Origin: an uncultured Tissierellia bacterium
Lineage (GTDB): Bacteria > Bacillota > Clostridia > Tissierellales > Peptoniphilaceae
Assembly (NCBI GenBank): GCA_947253765.1
Contig: CAMYAK010000003.1
Location: forward strand, 32,371-96,370
Length of the DNA stretch: 64,000 bases
Reading direction: 5' to 3'
The position numbers were made by a program, and so were the translations under genes. The stretch's first letter is position 1; the number at the start of each line of letters is the position of its first letter. The notes beneath the pieces are model-generated. The model did not search any database, was not told the origin of the DNA, and worked only from the letters and a program-made list of their open reading frames with translations. Positions 32,341 through 42,953 of this stretch are shown in pieces.

Positions 32341-34095
32341 GACCTTGGCAACTCCCTCATAGACAATGCCTGTTGTGGAGTCCACAGTTATAATTGACCC
32401 GTCTTTAATTACCTTGCTGGCCCTCATTGTATCTACTACTGTCGGAATGTTGTACTGCATGCCGAATATGGCTGCCAGGCCGGTAAGGCCGCCCTCTTCA
32501 ACTATTATGGCCCCGGCTTTCTGCATAAAGGGTAAGAGGTCGGGGCTGGCAAATTTAGCCACCAATACATCTCCATCCTCAAAGCGTCCTTCAAGTTCTT
32601 TTGCTGTTGAACCCAGAACAGCCTTGCCCACAACAGTCTTTCCGACAAGGCCCTGGCCGGTGACCAATATGTCTCCAACTGTATGTACTTTGATCATATT
32701 TGTCGCCGAACCGTAACCTGAAGGAATTCCTGCCGTTAAAACGATCTGGTCCCCTTCGTGGACTAATTTACTTTTAAGGGCTGCCAATATCGAGCTTTCA
32801 ACCAACTGGTCGGTCTCGGTGAAAACTTCGGCTTTCATAGGAGTTACACCCCACACTATTGAAAGCTGGTTATAGACTATTTCTTCCGGAGTGACAGCAA
32901 TAATTGGAACATAGGGCCTATATTTTGAAATCTGCCTGGCCGTAAATCCTGATGATGTAGCAGCCACAATGGCGTCCGCCTTTATCTGGCTGGCGATAAG
33001 GCAGGTTGATCTTGAAATAGAAGAAGACACATCAACTGTGGCCCAGCGCTCCTTCATAATTACCCCTCTCTTAAAATCAGGAGATGCCTCCGTGGTTTCA
33101 GCTATGTCGCTCATTGTCAAAACAGCTTCTCTGGGATACCTGCCTGCAGCCGTCTCACCTGAAAGCATGATGGCATCCGAACCGTCCAGAATAGCATTGG
33201 CAACATCGTTAACCTCAGCCCTTGTGGGCCTGGGATTCCTTTGCATGGAGTCCAACATTTGAGTGGCAGTGATAACAGGCTTACCGGCCATATTTGCTTT
33301 TCTTATTATTTGTTTTTGTACCAGCGGGACCTCCTGGGTCGGGATTTCCACACCCAAGTCTCCTCTTGCAACCATGATTCCGTCAGCAGCATCAAGGATT
33401 TCATCAATGTTCTGAACTCCCTGGTGGTTTTCAATCTTAGCAAATATCTGGACCTTGGACCCACCATTTTCCTCAATGACGTGGCGAATCTCGAGAAGAT
33501 CGGCTGCAGACCTTACAAATGAGGCAAAAACCATATCGACCCCGGCCTCGATGCCGAACATTATATCGGCCCTATCCTGTTCGGTTATAGCCGGAAGCTT
33601 TATTATGGTTCCCGGAACATTAACCCCTTTGCGATCTGATATACGGCCGTAATTTAAAGCCCGACAATAAATTTCCGTATTATCTTTTACCTGTTCAACT
33701 TCCAGTTCCACCAGGCCGTCATCAACCAATATCTTTGTTCCAACTGAAACATCAGCAGCCAGACCCGCATATGAAACGTGGACCCTTTCCGCATTACCCT
33801 CGCATGGCTTGGTGGTGAGGATAATCTTATCTCCCTGCTTCAGGTCTACAGGCTTATGGTCAACAAAGGTTCCAAGGCGAATCTCAGGTCCTTTCGTGTC
33901 CATAGCTATGGCAACAGGTATATCTAATTCTTCCCTTATCTTCCTTAAATTCTTGATTCTGGAAGCGTGTTCAGCGTGACTGCCATGTGAAAAGTTCAAT
34001 CTTGCAACGTTCATGCCGGCCTTGATAAGCTCTCTAAGCATTTTTTGATCTTCTGAGGCGGGGCCTATGGTACAAACTATTTTTGTCCTTTTCAT
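32335..34095 (-). CDS. pyk: pyruvate kinase with C-terminal PEP-utilising (swivel) domain
   Basis: 586 aa with a conserved PK barrel and a C-terminal PEP-utilizer-like extension, as in Firmicute Pyk. Confidence 0.9.
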   Translation of the reverse strand: MKRTKIVCTIGPASEDQKMLRELIKAGMNVARLNFSHGSHAEHASRIKNLRKIREELDIPVAIAMDTKGPEIRLGTFVDHKPVDLKQGDKIILTTKPCEGNAERVHVSYAGLAADVSVGTKILVDDGLVELEVEQVKDNTEIYCRALNYGRISDRKGVNVPGTIIKLPAITEQDRADIMFGIEAGVDMVFASFVRSAADLLEIRHVIEENGGSKVQIFAKIENHQGVQNIDEILDAADGIMVARGDLGVEIPTQEVPLVQKQIIRKANMAGKPVITATQMLDSMQRNPRPTRAEVNDVANAILDGSDAIMLSGETAAGRYPREAVLTMSDIAETTEASPDFKRGVIMKERWATVDVSSSISRSTCLIASQIKADAIVAATSSGFTARQISKYRPYVPIIAVTPEEIVYNQLSIVWGVTPMKAEVFTETDQLVESSILAALKSKLVHEGDQIVLTAGIPSGYGSATNMIKVHTVGDILVTGQGLVGKTVVGKAVLGSTAKELEGRFEDGDVLVAKFASPDLLPFMQKAGAIIVEEGGLTGLAAIFGMQYNIPTVVDTMRASKVIKDGSIITVDSTTGIVYEGVAKVL

Positions 34096-34116
34096 ATCTC
34101 CTCCTTATTAGGAAGC

Positions 34117-35103
34117 TTACATTGACAGAATTCCTGCCAATTCATAAATATCTTCATTGAATTCGCCCTTTGCATTGACTGCCTCTTCAATCGGCATTTT
34201 AAAATACTCAAGTCCCCTATTCCCAATTGAAATGGATGACTCTCCCATTGCCAGAGCTTCAACTGCCATGCTGCCCATTATGCAGCCCATCTTGGCATCT
34301 GTAAATGAAGGTGGACCGCCCCTTTGGACGTGACCAAGTATTGTTATCCTGGTATCAACCCCGGTTTCTTTCTGGATTTCCTGGGCCAGGCTGTAAGGAT
34401 CTCCCACACCTTCTGCTTCAACAATTATATGGTGGCGCTTGCCCCTTAAAATTCCTCTTTTTATGCGGTCTATGATTTCCCGAGCGTCATAGCCGTGCTC
34501 AGGCACAACTATAGATTCCGCTCCCCCTGCCAAGCCGGCGAAGAGGGCCAAGTCTCCACATCGCCTGCCCATAACCTGGACTATGTTGGCCCTGGCGTGG
34601 GATGCCGAGGTGTCCCTCAGTCGGCCTATGGATTCAATTACTGTTTCACAGGCAGTATGGAATCCAATGGTATAGTCCGTATAGCCCATGTCATTATCGA
34701 TTGTGCAGGGTATGCAGACGGTCTTGATTCCCAGTTTATCCAGCTCATAGGCACCCATCATAGACCCGTCTCCGCCCATGACAACCAAGCCGTCAATGCC
34801 GAAACGTTTCAATATTGTTAAAGCCCTGTTACGGCCTTCAGGTTTTCTGAACTCCTCTGACCTGGCAGACCCTAATATTGTCCCGCCTTTTTGGATTATA
34901 TCGGCAACACTTGAAACATTCATCTCATAAATATCACCGTTCATAAGCCCGTCATAGCCGAAACGAATGCCTTTGACCCTGAGTCCTTTGCTGAAAGCCG
35001 TCCTGGCAATCGCCCTTATACAGGCATTCATTCCGGGTGCATCACCGCCCGAAGTCAGCATAGCTATTGTCTTCATTAGTTCCTCCTTATTGCAAGATAA
35101 CAT
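34117..35103 (-). CDS. pfkA: ATP-dependent 6-phosphofructokinase
   Basis: GGDGS motif, 328 aa, immediately upstream of pyk. Confidence 0.9.
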   Translation of the reverse strand: MLSCNKEELMKTIAMLTSGGDAPGMNACIRAIARTAFSKGLRVKGIRFGYDGLMNGDIYEMNVSSVADIIQKGGTILGSARSEEFRKPEGRNRALTILKRFGIDGLVVMGGDGSMMGAYELDKLGIKTVCIPCTIDNDMGYTDYTIGFHTACETVIESIGRLRDTSASHARANIVQVMGRRCGDLALFAGLAGGAESIVVPEHGYDAREIIDRIKRGILRGKRHHIIVEAEGVGDPYSLAQEIQKETGVDTRITILGHVQRGGPPSFTDAKMGCIMGSMAVEALAMGESSISIGNRGLEYFKMPIEEAVNAKGEFNEDIYELAGILSM

Positions 35104-38100
35104 CTTCGGAACCGAGAACTTCTTTTAATTTCCTAATAAGAGAAGCCCCGGGATTTACCTGGAAATTCCTGTCCATTTTACAAGCTTTTTTCTTGTCCTG
35201 AAAATATATATATACGGGGGTTTCTCCCCTTTCGCTTTTTAATATTTCCTTAATAGTATTATAACTTGATTTGTCTTGAGAATTCATCCTCAAAAAAAGC
35301 CTCTTGGCCGGGAGCTCGTCCGGGCCCATCACGCTGTCAACAATGATCTGGATCTTGTTATTTTGGTCCTGGAGCCTTCCCGCAAAAAGCAGGGGCTTGT
35401 CAACTTCCAAGAGCTGCTTATATTCATTGAATACTCTTGGGAAAACAACACCCTCCATCATACCAAAAGTGTCCTCAAATTGTACAAAACACATCTTATC
35501 CTGTTTTTTTGTCAAGAGGTCTCTTCTGTCCCTCAAAAGTCCTGCCATCCTGACCTTCTTTCCGTCCAATTGGCCGGGATTGTCCTCGTTCAAAAGCATA
35601 TCCATTGAAAAATTTACATAGGGAGAAAAAGTGTCCTCGTATGGGGAAAATGGATGGTCGGTCAGGTAGACCCCGAGAAACTCCTTTTCGTAAGCAAGTA
35701 ATTGGGGCTTTCTGTATTCGGCCATCTGGTCCTTGATTGTATCAGCCAATTCAAAAGTGTCAAACATATTTACCTGGCCTGAAATGTTGACCCGCTTATC
35801 TTTTTGAACCGAGTCTATTTCAGCCTCCATGTCAAACATGAGCTGGCTCCTGTGGATCTTGAAATCATCCATGGCCCCCGCTTTAATAAGACCCTCTATA
35901 GATTTTTTATTTATAGCCCCCCTGTCAATTTCCACCAGCCTCTTAAGGTAGTCATTCAGGTCCTTAAAATCTCCACCCGATTCTCGAGCTTTGACCGTTG
36001 CTTCTACTGTAGCACTTCCGACACCCTTGATTGCCGTTAGTCCGAACCTTATGGAATCCCCCTCAACGGTGAATTTTCCCAGGCTCCTGTTAATGTTGGG
36101 CCCAAGTATTTTGGTCCCCATGTTTTCAGCATCCCTGAGATATATGGCGACCTTGTCGCTGTTGCCGGTGATAGAGGTCAAAAGGGCTGCAAAATATTCT
36201 TTGGGGTGGTAAAACTTCAGATAGGCGGTTTGCATGGCCACATAGGCATAGGCAACCGAATGGGACTTGTTAAAAGCGTATTTGGCAAATTCAATCATCT
36301 GATTATATATTATATTGGCAGCCTCTATGTCTATTCCGTTTCTTACACAGCCCTTGATAAGAATCTTGCCGTCCTCATCATCTTTGCCGTTAACAAAAAT
36401 ATTTCTATTCTCCTCCATGACCGACATCTTTTTCTTGGACATGGCCCTTCTTAAATTATCAGCCCCGCCCAAGGAGTAGCCGGCCAGCTGCTGGACAATC
36501 TGCATGACCTGTTCCTGGTAGACTATGACCCCGTAAGTATCCTTTAATATGGGCTCAAGCTTGGGGTGGGTATACCTGACCTGGCCCGGATCGTGCCTGG
36601 CCTTTACATATGTTGGAATCTGCTCCATTGGACCCGGCCTAAAAAGAGCATTGGCTGCTACAAGGTCTTCAAATCGGTCCGGTCTCAGTTCCTTTAAAAA
36701 GGCCCTCATACCGTTTGATTCAAACTGGAAAACTCCAATGGTCTCTGCACGGCTGAAGTGGTCAAGGATCATCTTATCCTGCAAATCAATCCTGTCAATG
36801 TCTATGCTCTCTCCGCTATTCTCCTTCACCATTTCTATAGCATCTTGGATTACGGTGAGGTTCCTCAGGCCCAAAAAATCCATCTTCAATAGGCCCAACT
36901 CCTCCAGCTGGGTCATGTTGTATTGGGTTGTTACCTGGTCCTTGGATTTTGATAGGGGGACAAGGTTATATACAGGTTCTGAGGCTATGAGAACTCCTGC
37001 AGCATGGGTTGAGGTATGTCTGGGCATTCCTTCGACTTCCCTTGCCAGGTCAATGAGCCTTGTGTTTTCCGGGCTCTCTTTGTATATATTTTTAAAGTCA
37101 CCATCCTCTTCAAGAGCTCTGTCAATGGTCATTTTCAAGGCATCAGGAACGGCCTTGGCAATCCTGTCGACTTTAGACAGAGGTATGTCTAAAACCCTTC
37201 CTACATCCCTGATGGCGTTTTTTGCCGCCATGGTTCCGAAGGTAACAATCTGGGCGACCCTATCTTCCCCATATTTTCTCTTGACATATTCTATGACCTC
37301 ATCCCGTCTTTCGTATCCGAAATCTATATCAATATCGGGCATGGATACTCTTTCAGGATTGAGAAACCTCTCAAAAAGGAGGTTGTATTTTAAAGGCTCT
37401 ATATCTGTTATTGAAAGGGCATAGGAAACTATAGATCCTGCTGCCGACCCCCTTCCGGGCCCAACAGGGATCCCCTGAGACTTGGCGTAATTGACAAAAT
37501 CCTGGACTATGAGGAAATAATCTACATAGCCCAGCTTTGAAATCATTTCAACTTCGTAAGAGGCCCTGTCCCTGACAGCTTGAGCCTCTTCAGGCTTATT
37601 TTTGAATAAGTCTTCGTATCTTCTTTCCACCCCCTCTTCGACCAGCCTCTTAAAATATTGAACATTGGTCTCACCGGTCGGGATATCGAAATGTGGAAGG
37701 TGGAGCTTGTGAAACTCTATTTCAAGATTGCACCGGTCTGCAACCTTACGTGTATTTTCAATAGCCCCGTCATAGGCTGAAAACAGGGCCCGCATCTCCT
37801 CTTGGCTCTTCATATAATAGTCATCTGAAGAAAAGCGCATGCGATTCTCATCCTTAAGGGTTTTTCCGGTCTGGATGCAGAGCAGGACGTCATGGGCTTT
37901 AGCATCTTCTCTGCGTAAGTAGTGGCAATCATTGGTGGCTATTAGACCTATCCCCAAATCCTGATGGACTCTTAAAAAAGCCCGGGCAACCTTTTTCTCA
38001 TCAAGTATGCCATGATCCTGGATCTCCAGGAAAAATGAGTCCTGACCGAATATTGAAACATATTCTTTCACTGTTTCCAAAAGGACCTCATAGTCTGAAT

Positions 38101-38536
38101 CCAGGGCCCTCCTGGCACATTCGCCGGCCAGGCAGGCTGAAAGGGCTATTATGCCTTCGCTGTACTTTCTCAGGACCTTCTTATCAACGTGGGGCTTACC
38201 ATGGTGGTAACCTGAAATAAAGCCGGATGAAACTATCTTCATCAAATTATGGTAGCCTAGGTCATTCTCGGCTAAAAGAATAAGATGGTAGCGAAGCCTG
38301 CTTGTAAAGTCCTCCTGATTTTCAGCCACATAAATTTCACAGCCTATAATGGGCTTTATCCCCCTGGCCTTGGCCTCTTTATAAAACTCGACGGCTCCGA
38401 ACATGTTCCCATGGTCGGTAATAGCTACTGCATCCATGCCCTCTTCCAGACAAAGATCCAGCATCTTATCGATCTTACAAAAGCCGTCAAGCAAGCTGTA
38501 TGGGCTGTGGTTATGTAGATGGATAAAGTTACTCAA
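35087..38536 (-). CDS. dnaE: DNA polymerase III alpha subunit (DnaE type)
   Basis: 1149 aa: PHP domain, polymerase core and OB fold. Confidence 0.9.
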   Translation of the reverse strand: MSNFIHLHNHSPYSLLDGFCKIDKMLDLCLEEGMDAVAITDHGNMFGAVEFYKEAKARGIKPIIGCEIYVAENQEDFTSRLRYHLILLAENDLGYHNLMKIVSSGFISGYHHGKPHVDKKVLRKYSEGIIALSACLAGECARRALDSDYEVLLETVKEYVSIFGQDSFFLEIQDHGILDEKKVARAFLRVHQDLGIGLIATNDCHYLRREDAKAHDVLLCIQTGKTLKDENRMRFSSDDYYMKSQEEMRALFSAYDGAIENTRKVADRCNLEIEFHKLHLPHFDIPTGETNVQYFKRLVEEGVERRYEDLFKNKPEEAQAVRDRASYEVEMISKLGYVDYFLIVQDFVNYAKSQGIPVGPGRGSAAGSIVSYALSITDIEPLKYNLLFERFLNPERVSMPDIDIDFGYERRDEVIEYVKRKYGEDRVAQIVTFGTMAAKNAIRDVGRVLDIPLSKVDRIAKAVPDALKMTIDRALEEDGDFKNIYKESPENTRLIDLAREVEGMPRHTSTHAAGVLIASEPVYNLVPLSKSKDQVTTQYNMTQLEELGLLKMDFLGLRNLTVIQDAIEMVKENSGESIDIDRIDLQDKMILDHFSRAETIGVFQFESNGMRAFLKELRPDRFEDLVAANALFRPGPMEQIPTYVKARHDPGQVRYTHPKLEPILKDTYGVIVYQEQVMQIVQQLAGYSLGGADNLRRAMSKKKMSVMEENRNIFVNGKDDEDGKILIKGCVRNGIDIEAANIIYNQMIEFAKYAFNKSHSVAYAYVAMQTAYLKFYHPKEYFAALLTSITGNSDKVAIYLRDAENMGTKILGPNINRSLGKFTVEGDSIRFGLTAIKGVGSATVEATVKARESGGDFKDLNDYLKRLVEIDRGAINKKSIEGLIKAGAMDDFKIHRSQLMFDMEAEIDSVQKDKRVNISGQVNMFDTFELADTIKDQMAEYRKPQLLAYEKEFLGVYLTDHPFSPYEDTFSPYVNFSMDMLLNEDNPGQLDGKKVRMAGLLRDRRDLLTKKQDKMCFVQFEDTFGMMEGVVFPRVFNEYKQLLEVDKPLLFAGRLQDQNNKIQIIVDSVMGPDELPAKRLFLRMNSQDKSSYNTIKEILKSERGETPVYIYFQDKKKACKMDRNFQVNPGASLIRKLKEVLGSEDVILQ

Positions 38537-38557
38537 AAAATCACCCCGTATCCTTTT

Positions 38558-38956
38558 TCAAGTTCTTTTCTTCATGGTGTGTTTACAATGGGGACAGCGA
38601 ACTACAATTTTCCCTTTATTCTTAGGAACCCTAAGTTCCTTGCCGCATTGTTCGCAGGCAAAGTACCTATAACCCTTTTCTCCAAAAATCCTTCTCTTCC
38701 ATTTTATGAAAAAATTCCTTATAACTGCGGTGGTTCTCAAGTATTTGGCATTTTCCCTGGACCTCCTGTCTATGTCTTTTGACAGGGTCCTGTAAAGTGA
38801 GTAGCCGGCAAGGGCCATGCCCAACATAGGCATAACTCCCCTGCTTTTTGTAAATAAATTAATTACAACAGCAATTACCGCGCATATAGATAAAAATCTA
38901 CCATACTGATCAGCGCCATACCTGCCATACATCCATTGTGCAATTTTATCTCTCAA
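38558..38956 (-). CDS. hypothetical membrane protein with C-terminal zinc ribbon
   Basis: 132 aa with two TM helices and CEQC…CPHC motifs. Confidence 0.45.
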   Translation of the reverse strand: MRDKIAQWMYGRYGADQYGRFLSICAVIAVVINLFTKSRGVMPMLGMALAGYSLYRTLSKDIDRRSRENAKYLRTTAVIRNFFIKWKRRIFGEKGYRYFACEQCGKELRVPKNKGKIVVRCPHCKHTMKKRT

Positions 38957-38994
38957 AATTTCTCCTTAATCCAATACAAATTCAAATATGGATA

Positions 38995-39732
38995 CTATTT
39001 GCCAAGATCAGGCAAAATCTTTGAAATGTCCCCGTGTAATACGTAGTCGGCCCGGCTGTCGGCACCCGTCTCTTCCATATTGATAAGTATAAGTTCATTT
39101 CCTCTATAGTAATTTAATAGCCCGGCCGCAGGATATACAACTAGGGATGATCCTCCAACTATAAGGGTTTTGCAGGCCATTATTGCCTCGATCGCCTTTG
39201 AAAAAGCCCTATCAGGTAACATCTCTCCGTATAAGGTAACAGCTGCCCTCATGTTATGGCCGCATTTGGGGCAAGGAAACCTCCCCTTTCCCTCCATGAA
39301 GACTTCCGTTTCCACTGTATTTCCGCAATGGGAACAGTATATATCATGCATATTGCCATGGACCTCATAAACATTGTGGCTTCCCGCCCTCTGGTGAAGG
39401 CCGTCAATATTCTGGGTGACAACAGCCCTGAGCTTTCCTTCTTTTTCCCATTTTGCCAGCTGTATATGGGCTCCTGAGGGCTTGACCTGATAAGATCTCC
39501 AACACTCCCTGGTAAAATCGGCAAAACCGTCCGGATCGTTTACACAAAATTCATGACTGAAATAGTATTCAGGAGGATAGGGACGGTCACTTTTTTGGTG
39601 GTATAAGCCGTTAGGTGACCTGAAATCCGGTATGCCTGAAGCTGTTGAAACACCGGCCCCACCGAAAAATACGATATTGTCACTATTTTCTATGATCTTC
39701 TTAACCTCATTGAAATCAGAATCTTTTCTCAT
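38995..39732 (-). CDS. cobB: NAD-dependent protein deacylase (Sir2 family)
   Basis: GAGVSTASGIPDFRS motif and Zn-binding CxxC…CxxC. Confidence 0.8.
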   Translation of the reverse strand: MRKDSDFNEVKKIIENSDNIVFFGGAGVSTASGIPDFRSPNGLYHQKSDRPYPPEYYFSHEFCVNDPDGFADFTRECWRSYQVKPSGAHIQLAKWEKEGKLRAVVTQNIDGLHQRAGSHNVYEVHGNMHDIYCSHCGNTVETEVFMEGKGRFPCPKCGHNMRAAVTLYGEMLPDRAFSKAIEAIMACKTLIVGGSSLVVYPAAGLLNYYRGNELILINMEETGADSRADYVLHGDISKILPDLGK

Positions 39733-39763
39733 GACCGGGTCCCTCCCTTTTTCAATATTCTTT

Positions 39764-40420
39764 TTATCCTTCTACTATTTTAATTCCGCTCGATGCCCCA
39801 ATCCTGTTTGCTCCCGCTTCAATCATTTCCAGGGCTTCTTCCCTGCTATGTATGCCGCCCGAGGCCTTGACTCCGGCCCTGTCTTTTACGGCTTCCCTCA
39901 TCAATCTTACATCGGTTGCCTTGGCCCCGGCCTTTGAAAAACCGGTTGACGTCTTGACAAAATCAGCTCCCGCATTTATCGAAAGATCACATGCCCTGAC
40001 CTTTTCCCGGTCTGTCAAAAGGCAGGTTTCTATAATAACTTTAAGAACCCTCTTTGGACCGCAAGCTTCCTTTAATGATCTTATTTCCTCTTCCACATAT
40101 TTATCGTCACCGTCTTTAAGCCTGCCGATGTTTATAACCATATCTATCTCGTCCGCCCCGTCTTTAATTGCCTCAAGACATTCCGCAAGCTTGGCCCGGC
40201 TTGACATGGCTCCCAGGGGAAATCCCACTACAGCGCAGGTTTTTACCCCGCTGTCTTTCAACTCGTCATGAACAAGGCTTGTCCATGACGAATTCGTGCA
40301 TACCGAGCAGAAGGAGTATTCTTTGGCTTCTTTGCAAATCCTTAAAATGTCTTCCTTTACTGCCTCAGGGCTTAAGATTGTGTGGTCAATGTATGAATTC
40401 AGTTCAATGTCTTTTTTCAT
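39764..40420 (-). CDS. deoC: deoxyribose-phosphate aldolase
   Basis: 218 aa DeoC-like TIM barrel carrying the conserved Schiff-base Lys context. Confidence 0.85.
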   Translation of the reverse strand: MKKDIELNSYIDHTILSPEAVKEDILRICKEAKEYSFCSVCTNSSWTSLVHDELKDSGVKTCAVVGFPLGAMSSRAKLAECLEAIKDGADEIDMVINIGRLKDGDDKYVEEEIRSLKEACGPKRVLKVIIETCLLTDREKVRACDLSINAGADFVKTSTGFSKAGAKATDVRLMREAVKDRAGVKASGGIHSREEALEMIEAGANRIGASSGIKIVEG

Positions 40421-40490
40421 TTTTGTTCCTAAGTATTTTTATGTGCCTTTAAAAGAAAACAGGGCGGTTACTCCACCCTGTTCTGTATTA

Positions 40491-41765
40491 TTAATAACCG
40501 GGTTTCCCCAAAAGTTTGTACATATTTGATTTATAGAACTCGACTCCCGGCTGGTTGAATGGGTTGACTCCCAGCATATATCCTGAAACTCCGACTGCAA
40601 CTTCATAGAAGTATATCAGCCTTCCCAACTCCTCGGGATCCAGTTTATCCATGGTTATTACAATATTTGGAACCTGGCCGTCCACATGGGCTGACAGGGT
40701 CCCCTTCATGGCATTATAGTTAACCTCGTGAAGGCCCTTGCCGGCCAAGTAGTTTAGATTATCGGCATTTTCTTCATCAAAGGGGATTTTCACGTCATTT
40801 TTGCTTTCCTTGACCCAGAGGACTGTTTCAAAGTGGTTTTTAGGCCCCTGTTGGATCCACTGTCCAAGCGAATGGAGGTCTGTTGTATTCTTTACGGAAG
40901 CCGGGAAAAGTCCCTTGCCGTCCTTGCCCTCACTCTCACCATAGAGCTGTTTCCACCACTCCTGGAAATATGAAAGCTTGGGCTCATAGGTAACCATTAT
41001 CTCCATGGCATTGCCGGCATCATAAAGCGCTTTTCTGATGGCTGCATATTGAATGGCCGGGTTATTGTCGAAATCCCTTTTCAAGTAATCTTGTCGGGCT
41101 TCTTCAGCCCCCTTCATCAATGAGTCTATATCAACTCCTGATACGGCAATAGGGAGGAGTCCTACGGCTGTGAGAACCGTAAAGCGTCCGCCAATATCGT
41201 CAGGCACTACAAACTCCTCATATTCCTCACGATCAGCCAAGCCTTTTAAAGCACCTCTTGCCTTGTCCGTGGTTACATAAATTCTTGATTTAGCCTCTTC
41301 CTTGCCAAGTTTTTCTTCGAGCAGGTTCTTAAAAATCCTGAATGCTACTGCGGGTTCTGTTGTGGTCCCGGACTTTGAGATTACGTTGATTGAGAACTTT
41401 TTATCCTGTAAATATTCTATTAATTCGTGGCTTTCAAGGGCGGAAAGTTGGTTTCCGGCAAAAATTATTTCCGGTTCCGGCTTTTTGAAGGAATGGCTGA
41501 AGGCTTCTATTACCGCCCTGGCTCCAAGATATGAACCGCCAATTCCAATAACCAGGAGGACTTCCGAATCTTCCCTTATTTTTTTAGCGGCCTTCTTTAT
41601 CCTTGCATATTCGTCCTTGTCATAGGCAACAGGAAGTTCTATCCAACCCAAAAAATCATTTCCCGGTCCATTTTTACCAACCAGGGTATCAAATGCTTGT
41701 AAGGCCTTATCTTTTTGCTTGTCCAATTCTTTTACATGAGCTGAAAACTGCAAATCGAGTTTCAT
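40491..41765 (-). CDS. pgi: glucose-6-phosphate isomerase
   Basis: 424 aa Firmicute-type PGI sequence. Confidence 0.85.
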   Translation of the reverse strand: MKLDLQFSAHVKELDKQKDKALQAFDTLVGKNGPGNDFLGWIELPVAYDKDEYARIKKAAKKIREDSEVLLVIGIGGSYLGARAVIEAFSHSFKKPEPEIIFAGNQLSALESHELIEYLQDKKFSINVISKSGTTTEPAVAFRIFKNLLEEKLGKEEAKSRIYVTTDKARGALKGLADREEYEEFVVPDDIGGRFTVLTAVGLLPIAVSGVDIDSLMKGAEEARQDYLKRDFDNNPAIQYAAIRKALYDAGNAMEIMVTYEPKLSYFQEWWKQLYGESEGKDGKGLFPASVKNTTDLHSLGQWIQQGPKNHFETVLWVKESKNDVKIPFDEENADNLNYLAGKGLHEVNYNAMKGTLSAHVDGQVPNIVITMDKLDPEELGRLIYFYEVAVGVSGYMLGVNPFNQPGVEFYKSNMYKLLGKPGY

Positions 41766-41807
41766 AAATCCTCCTTATAAAACTTAATAAAATTTCCTGA
41801 ACATTTC

Positions 41808-42953
41808 CTATTTACAATCCACCATGAGAAGCGCTATGTCATCTTGCTGGGGGCCGTATCTGAATTCTTCCATATCCTTTGCCATCAGGTCCAGGAGTCC
41901 TTTTGAATTTTCCTTCATTCTCCTGATAATGGCATCCTTGCCGAAAGATTTTCCGGCTTCATTTCTTGCTTCAACGGCTCCATCCGTGTAGAACAGGATC
42001 TTGTCGCCTTTGCTATATTCAAATTTGTGTTCTATATACTTGTAATCCTTAAATATTGGCGATATTACCTTGCCCCTGGCCTCCAATTCAAAAACTCCAT
42101 TTTCCCCGGAAACTATTGGAAGGCTGTTGTGACCGGCATTTGCGTAGGTCATTAAGGATGCGTCGCTGTCAAAAAGAGCATAAAAAATTGTGAAGTACTG
42201 CCTGTCTCCAGTTGAAATTTCGTTGAATTTTCCCTTTAGTGATTGCAAGACCTTGGCCGGTTGGCAAATCTTCTCATCATTTAAAATGGACCTCATGGTC
42301 TGCCTGACGAACATGGTCAAGATTGACGCTGATATGCCGTGTCCAACAACGTCTGAAATATATAGGGCCAGCTTTCCACCTCCCAGGGGCACCAGGTCAA
42401 AAAAGTCTCCCGACAATCTTTCAGACGGCATATACCTATATTCGAATCCCAGCTTGCCGTATTCCTTTAACATAGGCAGCATGCCCTTTTGTATGGATTG
42501 GGCGAATTCCATGTCCTCGACCATCTTCTTATTGTCGCCATATATCTCGTGGGTAAAGCGACTTTTAAGGCTTATGTCCCTGAAAACTTGAATTAGGGCT
42601 TTTTTAGACTCATGATACTTTATGGGCGAGCTTATGACTGAAAAAACCATATTCGCTATGCAAAACTCGGTCTCGCTTGATTTTCCAACCCTAAAGCTGT
42701 CCCGGGCCTGGTCTTTGGGAAAGATCTCAAGTGACTTAATATCAAGGTCTTTCTCAAATTTAAGCATTGCCCTATTTTTAAAGAGGACCCTGCCGTCAGA
42801 ATCTATGATCCTAACCATATCTTCCATGGAATCAAAAATATCGGAAGGCCTGTCAAAGCCTAAAAATTTTTCTGTTTTTTTCAATTCCCTTACCATGGGT
42901 CCCTCCTGATTTAACATCCTAATTTTACCATAAATCGCCGGCTGATTTTTCAA
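41808..42953 (-). CDS. PAS-domain PP2C (SpoIIE/RsbU-type) serine phosphatase
   Basis: N-terminal PAS-like region and a C-terminal PP2C fold with conserved Asp residues. There are no adjacent partner-switching genes. Confidence 0.65.
   Translation of the reverse strand: MKNQPAIYGKIRMLNQEGPMVRELKKTEKFLGFDRPSDIFDSMEDMVRIIDSDGRVLFKNRAMLKFEKDLDIKSLEIFPKDQARDSFRVGKSSETEFCIANMVFSVISSPIKYHESKKALIQVFRDISLKSRFTHEIYGDNKKMVEDMEFAQSIQKGMLPMLKEYGKLGFEYRYMPSERLSGDFFDLVPLGGGKLALYISDVVGHGISASILTMFVRQTMRSILNDEKICQPAKVLQSLKGKFNEISTGDRQYFTIFYALFDSDASLMTYANAGHNSLPIVSGENGVFELEARGKVISPIFKDYKYIEHKFEYSKGDKILFYTDGAVEARNEAGKSFGKDAIIRRMKENSKGLLDLMAKDMEEFRYGPQQDDIALLMVDCK

Noticed and set aside
32181-32366. 61-aa Trp-rich minus-strand ORF (…VKWPWWT…VKWCWWT…)
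   Set aside because: Its internal repeats are just the translation of the 28-bp CCATTTGACA DNA repeats. It also overlaps the pyk 3' end.
36549-37424. 291-aa plus-strand ORF
   Set aside because: It lies entirely inside dnaE on the opposite strand, with Ser/Leu-rich shadow composition.
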